A DNA stretch of 64,000 bases from Somniosus microcephalus (taxonomy: Eukaryota), in the NCBI GenBank assembly GCA_052327205.1, contig CM126219.1:22940001-23004000 (forward strand). The letters are read 5' to 3'. Numbering within the stretch: the stretch's first letter is position 1; every line of letters begins with the position of its first letter. The notes beneath the pieces were generated by a model, which saw only the letters and a program-made list of their open reading frames with translations, was not told the DNA's origin and made no database searches. This document shows, in pieces, positions 51,990 to 64,000 of the stretch. The position numbers were made by a program, and so were the translations under genes.

Positions 51990-54671
51990 GCCATACACTA
52001 GCCTCCGTCACACTGGACCAAGCTCGCCCGCATCACCTGTCCAAGTCCATGATGGACATCAAAGTAAACGGCCACGCCACGACCTGCCTGTTCGACAGCG
52101 GAAGCACGGAGTTTCATACATCCAGACACGGTGAGCCACTACTCCCTCACTGTCCGGCCAACGCGCAACCGGATCTCGATGGCATCGAGGTCCCATTCTA
52201 CAGACATCAGCGGCTACTGTATTGTGACCCTGTCGGTTAGGGGCACGGAGTATAAAAATTTTAAACTCCTCGTCCTGCCCCAGCTCTGCGCTGCCGTCCT
52301 ACTAGGGCTGGACTTCCAATCCCACCTGCAAAGTGTCACTTTGGCATACGGTGGACCCCTCCCCCCACTCACAGTCGACAACCAGCAGCCTTTAAACCGC
52401 CCACCGCATACCACCTGCGGCCTATCCACCCTCAAGGTCCCGCCCCCCTCCCTGTTCGCTAACCTCACCTGCGACTGTAAACCCGTCGCCACCAAGAGCA
52501 GGCGGTACAGCGCCGGGGACAGAGCTTTTATTAGCTGTGAGGTGCAGCGTCTCCTGAAGGAGGGCATCATCGAGAGGAGCAACAGCCCCTGGCGTGCCCA
52601 GGTCGTAGTCGTTAAGACCGGCGATAAAAACCGCCTAGTCATCGACTACAGCCAAACCATAAACCGGTACACCCAGCTGGACGCATACCCCCTTCCCCGC
52701 ATATCTGATATGGTCAATCAGATTGCGCAGTACCGGGTATTCTCCACCATCGACCTTAAGTCGGCCAATCACCAACTCCCTATCCGCCCCGAGGACCACC
52801 AGTATACAGCCTTCGAGGCGAACGGCCGCCTCTACCACTTCCTTAGGGTTCCCTTCGGCGTCACCAACGGGGTTTCGGTCTTCCAAAGGGAGATGGACCG
52901 GATGGTTGACCAGAACGGGCTGCACGCCACGTTCCCCTATCTAGATAACGTCACCATCTGCGGCCGCGACCGGCAGGACCACGATGTTAATCTGGAACGA
53001 TTCCTCCGTACGGCCCAACGGCTGAACCTCACCTACAATAAGGAGAAATGTGTGTTTAACACCTCGCGCCTTGCCATCCTCGGCTGCGTAGTAGAGAACG
53101 GAGTCATCGGCCCCGACCCCGAAAGAATTCGCCCCCTCATGGAGCTTCCCCTCCCCCACTGTCCAAAGGCGCTGAAGAGAACCCTGGGGCTCTTCGCCTA
53201 CTATGCCCAATGGGTGCCAAATTATGCAGACAAAGCCAGACCCCTCATGAAGTCCACCTCCTTCCCCCTGACGGCAGAAGCGTGCGCAGCCTTCTCCCTC
53301 ATTAAGGGAGACATTGCTAAGGCCACAATGCACGCGGTGGATGAGTCTATCCCTTTCCAAGTGGAGAGCGATGCATCAGACTTCGCCCTAGCCACAACCC
53401 TCAACCAGGAGGGGAGACCGGTGGCCGCCTTCTCAAGGACCCTCCAGGGCCCTGAGATCCGACACTCTTCGGTCGAGGAGGCGGCCCAGGCGATCGTGGA
53501 GGCTGTACGACGCTGGAGGCATTACCTGGCAGGCAAACGATTTACCCTCCTCACCGACCAGCGTTCGGTCGCTTTTATGTTTAATAACAAGCTGAGGGGC
53601 AAAATCAAGAACGACAAGATCTTGAGGTGGAGAATCGAGCTCTCCACCTATGATTATGATATCTTGTACCGGCCTGGTAAACTGAACGAACCCCCAGATG
53701 CTCTATCACGAAGTACATGCGCCAACGTGCAAACTGATAGACTGCAGACCCTCCACAACGACCTCTGCCACCCCGGGGTCACCAGACTTTACCACTTCAT
53801 TAAGGCCCGCAACCTGCCATACTCCATCGGAGGAGGTCAGGACCATGACCAGGAACTGCCAAACCTGTGCCGAATGCAAACCGCATTTCTTTAGGCCGGA
53901 CAGAGCAAGCCTGATCAAGGCCACCCGCCCCTTCGAGCGCTTGAGCATCGATTTTAAGGGGCCCCTCCCATCCTCTGACCGTAATGTGTACTCAACATCA
54001 TTGATGAGTACTCCCGTTTCCCCTTTGCCTTCCCCTGCCCAGACATGACCAGCACCACGGTCATCAAATGCCTGAACGACCTCTTCGCCTTGTTAAGGTT
54101 CCCAAACTATATACATAGCGACCGGGGCTCCTCCTTCATGAGCGAGGAACTCCGCCAGTTCCTATTAGCGAGAGGTATCGCTGCAAGCAGGACCACCAGC
54201 TACAACCCCCGAGGGAACGGCCAGGTGGAGAGAGAGAAGGCGACTGTCTGGAAGGCCGTTCTCTTAGCCTTAAAGTCTAAGGGCCTCCCAACCTCTCGCT
54301 GGCAGGAAGTCCTCCCGGCAGCGCTGCATTCCATCCGGTCACTGCTTTGCACTGCCATTAACGCCACCCCCCATGAACGAATGTTTGTTTTCCCCAGGAA
54401 ATCGACTACGGGAACCACGCTGCCAACTTGGCTGACTTCTCCGGGGCCCGTCTTACTGCGAAAGCATGTGAGGGCCCATAAAACAGACCCCCTGGTCGAG
54501 AGGGTGGTCCTCCTACACGCCAACCCCCAGTACGCCTACGTGGCATACCCAGACGGGCGGGAGGACACAGTCTCCTTACGAGACCTTGCACCCTCGGGCA
54601 CCCGAGACACCACCGTCACCCCCCCAAATCCAGCCCAGGTAGACAGCATGCCGGAACCCCACGATCCTTAG
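51990..54671 (+). pseudogene. Gypsy pol (protease, RT, RNase H, integrase) with a few frameshifts
   Basis: LFDSGST; SNSPW, IDLKSA, VPFG, YLDN; ESDAS, TDQ; HNDLCHPG..CQTC, SIDFKGP, SDRG, GNGQVER. Confidence 0.93.
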
Positions 54672-54821
54672 TCAACCACGCAGACACCAGCATTAACACC
54701 GGAGACTGCAACACCGCCGCCGCGCCGATCAGAAAGACTTACGAGGCCTCCGGACAGACTGACATACCCGAACTGGTAGTACACTTCACCCCGCCAGACT
54801 CAAATCTAAACAAGGGGTGAA

Positions 54822-55143
54822 TGTGGTAAACCACTTTTATCGTTCACTACCATTACACTATGGTTATCACTGTTATATCGTTACACTATGGTTATCACTG
54901 TTTACACTGTTGTATCACTACACGAGGTCGCCTCTTGTCACGCTGTTATACCTGGGCTGACCACTGCTGACTCCGCCCATGGCTCCACCTACTTGCCCAG
55001 GTATAAAGGTGGTCGACTGGCTGGTATTCCTCCTTGTTGGATCCAATCACCCACGAGGATGGGCTCTGTTATTTAGCCAATAAAAACCTATAGTTACTTT
55101 CTTAACTCGTCGCTTTTCATTGGATGAATTGATAGGTATATCA
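54822..55143 (+). repeat. 3' LTR (322 bp, TG...CA)
   Basis: Starts TGTGG immediately after the PPT and ends TATCA. Confidence 0.96.
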
Positions 55144-56497
55144 ACCATCTCATGCTTCAAAGCTTTTTTTTTATATAACAAATCAATAGAAAGCTCAGTG
55201 AGGAAGCTCATTTTGGCAATTGCAGATAGCATCAATACCACTCTGGCCATTTCATCAGGAAGCGCGAAGGCATCAGTCTCCAGCCAAACTTTTCAATGTC
55301 CCTCCCAAGCATTAATACACACAAGGGGCCGAGTGGGTTGGAGGAACACAGACTAAAAATGCAAATACCAGTGTTATGCATTTACTGTAGAATGAATGGA
55401 GGTTTTAAACAGAGGGCTACTGTACCACCTTTTTTATAAGCATATTTAAATATAGCTGCTTAAAAATTGGGACCACCACAATGTAGATGGCACCTCCATC
55501 AGCAAAAACATGACTGGAAGACAGTACACGTACCCATGAGTGCCACACCAAGTTACATAATTATTTCTTTCCAGTGTGCCAACTCACTCCATGTGCATGG
55601 CAGCCCTATTTAAAGTGGTTTTAGATGCAGAGTTCACCAATACTCCTCCTTATGGATAAACTGAAGTCACTAATCAACCAGAGCCATTTCATTCTCAGTA
55701 AGCAGCATAAATAAGCTTCGCCTCCATTTACATGAAATGGGCTCTTTCAACTTATAGCAGCCACAGAAATGCCACGACAACCATAGTAGTATTAAATCTT
55801 AAAATGCTCAACTGTTTCAGGCTGGTCTCCAGGACCTACAACACACCAAGCCATGCCTCCTGCCAACACAGCGTGAAGTATTAAAATTTATAACTTGTCA
55901 AGCTGATGATTAGGTGGTGCGTTGCCAGGAACGCCCAGTGAGTAACAGGAATCTCGCAACACTGATAAGACAGGCTTACAAACAAACTTCAGAAAAGAGA
56001 CAGATGCAATTTGAAGAAAAGTCTGCTTTGCAGTTCATTTTACATGAATTATCCGTAGCTTCAGTTAAAAATTAACAGTACAAAGCCAATAAGGGTCAAC
56101 TGGTTAAGAACGCATTCTGTTCAACATATTTTGGAGTTCACTCAAAAGTTGTAATCCTGCAGAATTAATTGGCAGCATTATGGATTTTCAGATGCAAAAG
56201 TCAATACAACTAAAGCACTACTGGTATAAAAACAGAAAATGCTGGAAATACTCAGCAGGTCTCTCAGTTCTGGTCTCCAGTAATGTGTTTTGGTGTCAAG
56301 AATGTGCCATGAAGGCCAAATAGAAGTTTGTTCTGAGAGTTAAAATTGGAGGAGAATTGGGACACATTGTGCTCTAATGATCCAATCCACCTGCTGTGGC
56401 CAAGCACAGGCTTTATAGTGGATATCATGAGCCCATTACTTTGTTCCTCCATTGGACTTACATTTCTGGTGATGACAATCAGGTGGTGGTGGGGCTA

Positions 56498-56612
56498 CTG
56501 CTACACCTTTAACATAGTAAAACATCCCAAGGTGCTTCACAGGAGTGTTATAAAACAAAATTTGACAGAGCCACAGAGCAGATGACCAAAAGCTTGGTCA
56601 AAGATGTAGGTT
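56498..56612 (-). mobile_element. Short L2 3' tail fragment
   Basis: Matches 27615-27735 (ACCTTTAA...CCCAAGG...GATGACCAAAAGCTTGGTCA). Confidence 0.7.
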
Positions 56613-58653
56613 GTACAAGAAAGTTACATTATTTTGGCAGAGTAACTGCGTGTTAAATGACATCAAAGTCTGACTCCAAGACGACAGGTGCGCAAACAAC
56701 AGAACAGCCAAGTTGCTATAGTCTGGAGACTCTCCTGCTGTGGTTGTCTGTGACTGTAGTTATCAGGCAGCTACCTTATTGGACTATTTGGGCGAAACTA
56801 AAATGGCTCACTAGGCTGGACTCATGATTCTAGTATTCCTTGCTTGCATTCCAAAATGATGGCGTAAACAAGATCACTTGAGAGAACGAAGGAGGGGTTT
56901 CAGACTTTATTTTACCAGGTGGAGCGTCTCATACATTTATAAAAACAGTAGATACTCAAGACTGGAACACGACCAAAACAGAAGGGGTTCCGGTATCAAA
57001 CCCAGAGAATTAAAGCAGAGCTAGACAGCACAATTTCTACTTTTTTCTCTCCCTCCCGGACGACAGCAACTCATGCTAGCACCTCAGTGCACACAGCCAT
57101 TCCGCAGGTCTGATCTCAGCTAGCGAGTGCCAGCAGATGGATACTTCATGGGAATCATCGCAGTGTCTGCTTCAGCAGACCTCACACTACCGCACTGTCC
57201 CCTCGAGATCCACAGCAGGGTCACTGGGTGACAATCAGGAGTGGAAATGCTGACTCTTTTTTTCCCCTTTCCCACACCTTCCCAGCCACAAGGTCGTGTC
57301 CCCTACCAAGATTCAATCAATCAATCACTTTTAAATTCATCCCTGACCCCTCTCACTACAGCACAGTTGTGTTTATCCGATTTAATATTACAACTCCCAA
57401 CACAAGCTTTGCAACAAAATTACTTGCAGAATGGGGAAAAATTGATTTTTTTTGGGGGGGGGGTTGGGTTTAATTAAACTACCATCCATTTGGACCGCTA
57501 GCATTTAGAAAATAAAATATAGGATTCAATCTAGCTCAAAGATCCAGTCCATGGCACACTGTTATAAAAAAGTAGCTGAAAAAATATTAACTATGCCAGT
57601 CTCCCCGACGTAAAGATTTTTTGCAGATGCTCCATAATTATCTGCTGAAGCTAGTAATCGCACCATTATCTAATCCCACAGTAATGAGTAAGCTTTGTGC
57701 CATATTGCATCTCCCCCAGATCTCAAGCAGGCTGCCAGATGCCAGCATGCCCAGATGCTATGGGCACAGTTCACCCGAGGGTATCAGACTTCTTGGCAAA
57801 TGAATGTTTTCAGCTGGGTACATGAAAGCAACCGGCCATGTGGCTCTGGCTCCCATCAATCAATCATGAAAACAAATGTGAACTTTTTTTTGTGTAGAGC
57901 ATGGAATAGAGACATATACCAGAAGGATGCCATTTTAAACAAGTAATGGGGGGGGGGAAAAAGAGAAGCACAAATGCACATTTTATGGATTATTTCTAGC
58001 AACCTAAAATCTTTACTAATAATGAAATGTGTTGACTTCTGCAGACTCTGAATTAAAGAGAGTTTCTGGCAGCTCAACCTTTTCTAGCTGTAAATACAAG
58101 CTTGTTATTGGACAGTAAACAAAAAGGTGAGGAGTTGGGATGTTTTGACAACGGAAGACAAATACAAAAGCAGTTTTCCCACCACTGGTCCTTAAAGTCG
58201 GTGCTGACCAAGTGTATGAAGCATCAGATTAAGTAGATTTCTGGACAGGGCATTTAAAAAAAAAAAATTGCACTATTGTACAGCGCCTGTTCACAATCAT
58301 TTTCTAACTGCAAATAACTTTGTAAAATTCTTCAGACCACTTCCCTGGCAGAGACTAGCTAACTCAGCACAGGCCATCAAACTGTACAGCTTCCTATCCC
58401 ATATGAATTTCTGGCCATCAGACAGCCAATTTTTTTTTTTTTTTTTAAATATAAAGTTAGCCTCTTCCTTTCTCTCCCTCTTCATTCTTCTTTGTGTCTA
58501 AAGAGGAGAGAATGGATGAATATTCAGGAGTTTTGCTCAATGACCTTTGGCAATCAGAGTATTTATGCAGAATTCACCCCCTGCACCCAAGATTAAATGG
58601 GTGGGGTGGGAAGAGTAGGTACTAAGCTTCACTTATCATACTATTATACTGGA

Positions 58654-59117
58654 GTGTCAGCCGTGGCTCAGTGGGTAGCACACTTGCCTCCGAGTCAGAA
58701 GGTTGAGAGTTCAGATCCCACTCCAGGGACTTGAGTACATAAAGCTAGGCTGACACAATCCCAGTGCAGCACTGAGGGAGCGCTGCAATGTTGGAGATGC
58801 CGTCTTTCGGATGGGATGTTAAACAGAGGTCAAGTCTGCGCTCTCAGGTGGACGTAAAAAACCCCATGGCACTATTTCGAGAGCAGGGGAGTTATCCCTG
58901 GTGTCCTGGCCAATATTTATCCCTCAACCAACATAACAAAAACTGATTATCTGGTCATTATCCCATTGCTGTTTGTGGGACCTTGCTGTGCACAATTTGG
59001 CTGCCACTTTTTCCACATTACAACAGTAACTCCACTTCAAGTACTTCATTGACTGTAAAGCGCCTTAAGACGTCCAGTGGTTGTGAAAGGCGCTATATAA
59101 ATGCAAGTCTTTCTTTT
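58654..59117 (+). mobile_element. SacSINE1-like Deu-SINE, full length
   Basis: tRNA-derived head (TGGCTCAGTGG; GTTCAGATCC), Deu domain, tail AAAGGCGCTATATAAATGCAAG. Confidence 0.92.
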
Positions 59118-59174
59118 ACCAACAATAATTGTCACTCAGTTGACTAAGCTACGACTGATCAGAGGCAGAAAACT

Positions 59175-61545
59175 GCAATACAAGATCAGATCAGGAGTAG
59201 GCCGTTCAGCCTCTTGGGCCTGTTCCATCATTCAACTAGATCATGGCTTATCTGTACCTCAACTCCATTATCTGCCTTTGCTCCATAATCCCTGGATACC
59301 CTTAAACCCCACCACCCCCCCCCCCAAAAAAAAAAACATCTTCCTTTTGGGTGACAAAAGTTCCAAATTTCTACTACCTATATGTCTTGTTTTGCACACT
59401 TTGTACAAAAATAATAAATTGCAGGACAACGGAGTATTACAATTTAAACTATTTTAATGAAGCATCAGGTCTGTAAGCTTTCTTAATCAATACAGCACCA
59501 TGTGGACAAGATGGAGTCAGGACCCCCTGGGTCTTCTAAACAATAGCAGTCTTTACAGATGCCTGCAGGCCAATGACAACTCAGCATGTGATCACGTGAA
59601 TATAATAGGTATTCCTTACAGATGCCTGCGGGCCAATGATAAATCAATATGCCAATGTTACACTGTGAAAAAGTGCTTCCTCATTTCATTTCCAACTGGT
59701 CTAGCTCTAATTTTAAGATTATGCTGCCTTGTTTTGGATTCCCCACTAAAGGAAACTTTCTTAAACACCTCGATTAGATCACCTTCAACCTTCTACTCCA
59801 GCAATACAAACCGTTTAGGCAGCCGGTCCTCAATTTAACCCCAAGTAGGTTAGGATGAATGAAAATCATTCTGCTCTAGGGCTTAGAGGAGCTGAATGGC
59901 AAGGATATAGTCAAAAAAAAAACATTTAAATATTTCAAACAAACTCATTAGTTTAGGTCTGTGCCTACAGGAACTTAAAACACCTGATGCAATCAGTCCA
60001 CATTATCCATCATGTCTAGCTAACCCTCGGTTACATTCAGATATTACTGGTATCACGGTATAGTATTCTGGTGAATCTGCACTGTACCCCTTCCAAGGCA
60101 ATATATCTTTGGACTCAGGAATCAGAAATACAACTTAAAAATTTGCAGGTAACACCAAATTGTGGAGTGTGGTTAATACAGAGGACTGCAATAAAACACA
60201 GGAAGACATTAATATACTTGCAGAATGAGCATGTAATTGGCAAATGAACTTCAATATAGATGTGCAAGGTGATACATTTTGGTAGGAAGATTAAGGCAGT
60301 CAAATACTCCTTGGAAAATAAGTTTCTAAATGGGGTGGAGAAGCAGAGGGATTTGGGGGTACAGATACTCAACTCACTAAAAGGAGCAACTGGTAAGGCC
60401 ATAAAAAGCAAACAAAGCACTGGGGGAATAGAATGAAAAAGCAGAGAAGTTATGTTAAACTTGTATAGAACCTTGGTTAGACCACACTGGAGTACAGTGA
60501 ACAGTTCTGGCCTCCATATTATAAAGAGGGGGGCTCTGGAAAAGGTGCAAAAAAGATTTACTCGGATGATATCAGAACTGAGAGGTTATAACCATTAGGA
60601 AACATTGAACAGGCTGGGGCTCTTTTCTCTGGAAAAAAGAGACCGAGGGGGTGACTGATAGACGTCATTAAGGGGTTTGATAGGGCAGATGCAGAGAAGA
60701 TTTTTCCATTTGCAGTGGAGACCAGAACTAAAGGCCATAAATAAGAAATCCAATAGGAAATTCAGGAGAAACTTCTTTGTCCAGAGATTGGTTAGAATGT
60801 GGAACTCACTACAAGGAGTAGTTGATGCATTTAAGGGGGAAGCTAGATAAACACAAGGGAGAAAGGAATAGAAGGATATGTTGATGGGGTTAGACGAGAA
60901 GGGCAGGAGGAGGCACGTGTGGAGCATAAACACTGGAAAGGACCTGTTGGGGTGAATGGCTTCTGTGCTGTAAATACTATGTAATTTTTCCAGAGGTTCT
61001 GTGCCCAAAACTGGACAGTACAGCAGATGCAGTCTGACCAAGGCTCTGCAGAACTGAAGCATCACTTACTCACTTTTGTAATCCAACCAGCTCGAGATGA
61101 AGGCCAACATTCTATTTGCCTTTTTGATTACTTTTTGTACATTAGGGGTGTATGACATGGACATCTAAATCTCTTTACTCTTCTACAGTTCCTACTCTCA
61201 CCATTAAAAAATATTCCGATGCGTCTTTCTTGGTTCTAAAGTGGATGACCGACCGCACACTTCCCCACATTGAACTGCATCTGCCACAGTTTTGTCCACT
61301 CACTTAGTCTATCTATGTCCCTTTCTAACTTAATGCTCCCATCTACACAACTTACTGTGCCTCCTAACTTTGTGCCATTGGCAAACTTGGATATACAACT
61401 CGATCCTTTCATCCAAGTCATCAATATATAGAGAGTGAAAAGCTGAGGCCTCAGTACAGAACTCTGGGGACCACAACTTGTCACCTCCCAATCAGAATGA
61501 ACCCTTTACCCCTAATCTCAGTCTCCTACCTCCCAACCAGTTAAT
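59175..61545 (-). mobile_element. Old fragmented CR1 (pieces at about 59175-59380, 59660-59840, 60060-60112 and 60990-61545)
   Basis: CR1 tail at 59190. SKFANGTKLGG...LERDIDRLSEWTKLWQMQFNVGKC on the minus strand. Confidence 0.7.
60118..60985 (+). mobile_element. Old CR1 3' fragment nested in the minus-strand CR1
   Basis: LNLYRTLVRP.LEY..QFW-like coding remnant and a CR1 tail at about 60940-60985. Confidence 0.8.
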
Positions 61546-62396
61546 GTTTTTTTAAAATCACCTTCCTGCATTTGACAACACAGTATAGTTAAAAACTTGT
61601 CGCTATAATGCTCACGGCCAAAACAAGCTGCACTCCATCATTGGTCCAAGTCTAAAGTGTACGGAATCTTGCCAGTATTCAATCCATGTTTCAAAATGGG
61701 CATTGAATCTGATTTATTAATGAAAGTTACCAGTCTCACATTCATAAAGCCACTATGTGCGATACAGACAAAACATTATCCTAGATTTACTGTAAGAGGA
61801 ATTTATTTTTTATTTTTTATTTTTTTATTTTTTTTTAAATCCTCATCTACTTGGGAGGAGCTGAATGGCAAGGATATAGTCCAAAATGATTTAAATATTT
61901 CAGGCTGTGCCTCTAGAAATGTACACACCTGTTGGAATCTTTCCACATTATCCATTATACCTTGTCAACCCTCAGGGTTCCATTCAAATATTACTATAAT
62001 TACTGCTATAAACAGTATATTATTCAGATACGTTTCACTATACTCCAGGTAAACTCTTGCACAAATGCAATACTGTACTGGCTGTTATTCAGCAAGCCAT
62101 GTGAAAAATTGTGCATGTTCATGTAAATGCCTGGTTTCCAATTGTTGAAATTCCTACAGTACATACCTGGTTAGAACTTTGTTGGCTTCCATTTTAAGCG
62201 AAATCGTATGACAGAAGCAAGTCACAGCTGTGCGCACACAGCTCCCAATTCCATTATAGAATCCCTAACGCCCACAGAAGATGGCGGCTTTTGTGTGGAA
62301 AAAGGAACGATAAAGGTTATCCACACCTCTATGACCAATGCACACCATGAATAAGTTAAGAGAACAATTCATCAGGGTGAAATATGATTAGTCTCA

Positions 62397-62700
62397 CGTT
62401 AAACAGAGGCCCAGTCTGCTCTCTCAGGTGGACGTAAAAGATCGCATGGCACTATTTCGAAGAGCAGGGGTGCTATCCCCGGTGTCCTGGTCAATATTTA
62501 TCCCTCAACCAACATTAAAAAAATTATCTGGTCATTATCACATTGCTGTTTGTGGCAGCTTGCTGTGCGCAAAATGGCTGCCGCGTTTCCCACATTACAA
62601 CAGTGACTCCACTTCAAAAATACTTCATTAGCTGTAAAGCGCTTTGAGTTGTCTGGTGGTCGTGAAAGGCGCTGTAGAAATGCAAGTCTTTCTTTCTTTC
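62397..62700 (+). mobile_element. SacSINE1-like SINE, 5'-truncated
   Basis: Deu domain and tail match 58820-59117. Confidence 0.88.
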
Positions 62701-64000
62701 TCTCACTCCCTGGACACTTGCAGAAATCTTTGTACAAATTTACTAATAATACAATAACATGCATTTATATAGCACATTTAATGTAGTAAACCGCCCCGCG
62801 GGTGAAATCTTACTATGTTTATGTATAGTCGCATCAGCTTAGTGCATCATGGGGACTGGCATTTCATAAAAAAGATCAAATGACCATGTGGCGTCACCTC
62901 CAAATCAATTATCCACATACTATCTCGCTACAGCCATAAATCCCACGGGAGTTCGACTTTGTGACGAGGTGATATGTGCAGTGTTAAAGGATAGGTATTA
63001 GCCTCTATTCTATGCTCTGCATCTTGAGACATTTTTGTGTGGGGCAGATCGCGTGGCAATTAGGATAACATTTTTATAGCTGCTACATCTTCAGGGATCT
63101 CAACAGCAAATGAAACAAAAACCACAATTTCTTCAAAAAATATGTACACCTCATCTCCTGTTGACAGTGGCCTCATTTGCTCCAAGTAAGAAATATTTGT
63201 AAATGTGGAGGGTAGATGGTGGGAAAGAATCCTTGAGCACAACAATGGTCTTTGGGTGATCCAAGCAAAAATCCTAAGAAAGTCATAATCAGCTCCGGGG
63301 TGAGTGGGAAAATTGGTACTTGGAAAACAATTGTGAAAATGACCACTGTACATGTTCAAGAAGCATCATTCTTCATACACAAAGGATTCTTCTCAAACTT
63401 TTTTTTTTAAAGAATGAGAGATTTAACTGAAAGGGCCAAAGAGTCTGGCATGAAAGGGATGGGAGGAGAAGGGTTAAAACTATAAAAGGACCATCTATCC
63501 ATAGTTGCAGCCTCAGGACGCAGAAAGGTAGAGACGCGATGCACAACATGTAATTACTTCACAGAACTTAATTTGCTGGATACACAGTTGCCCAATTTAA
63601 GGTTTCACCAAATGTACGAGACGATCCAAATACCAGAATACATGAGCTCTAGCACAGTTTGCCAAAGAGTGCTTAGCCTGTTTAGAGGCAAATCATAGGT
63701 CAGGTAAGGTATCTGCTACCTAGAAACAGGTCTCTAGCTGTAGACTGGCCTTCCAAGCCTCTCTGCAATGCAGCAGTTTTTTTTTGTCTAGCCTCACTGA
63801 TCTAAAGATGTTTTTGCCAAGATATTGTTTAGGGGGTGGGGGGGGGGGGTTACAAATTATAAAAAGTATCTCTCCTTGATGCTCAGCGTTATCCCAACAG
63901 GACTAAAACGGCAAGCTTCCAAGGTTATTTACACAACAGGATAATCAGGATGGAAATAAGAAAATCGCCACTACCTCAGCAGGATGCAAGGGAAGTTGGG

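Larger units (their letters stand above)
50527..55143 (+). mobile_element. Gypsy/Ty3 LTR retrotransposon, near intact and young
   Basis: Two LTRs with 5 differences over about 315 bp by eye. Domain order gag-PR-RT-RH-IN. PPT AAACAAGGGGTGAA at 54808-54821. No env. Confidence 0.96.

Noticed and set aside
50527-55143. Endogenous retrovirus
   Set aside because: There is no env and no room for one, and the RT/IN motifs are Gypsy-type.

Overview
Vertebrate DNA, almost certainly from a cartilaginous fish (shark or ray), judged from its repeat families (HE1/V-SINE, SacSINE1-like Deu-SINE, CR1, L2, RTE). The only host coding sequence found is the first coding exon of a plasma-membrane Ca2+ ATPase on the minus strand at 226..31. 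It best matches ATP2B4/PMCA4 from recalled sequences and is missing from the ORF track. The rest of the window is therefore probably that gene's large 5'-UTR intron or upstream region, filled with nested transposons. Most notable: (1) a young Gypsy LTR retrotransposon (50527-55143) with no tRNA primer-binding site. A 15-nt sequence in the PBS position is instead perfectly complementary to its own LTR poly(A)-signal region, suggesting self-priming or poly(A) masking. It also has a YLDN RT motif and a 36-bp target duplication. (2) A CpG-rich non-autonomous Helitron (33965-34743) carrying an apparent Pol II promoter plus splice donor. (3) A TIR-flanked Tigger/pogo transposon whose transposase closely resembles mammalian JRK (Jerky), with a MITE derivative nearby. 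Also present are a degenerate two-gene Harbinger, a Penelope-type hairpin insertion, a 30-bp minisatellite with an open His/Cys-rich frame, and several template-switch scars in CR1 copies. Family assignments come from recalled motifs, not database searches.
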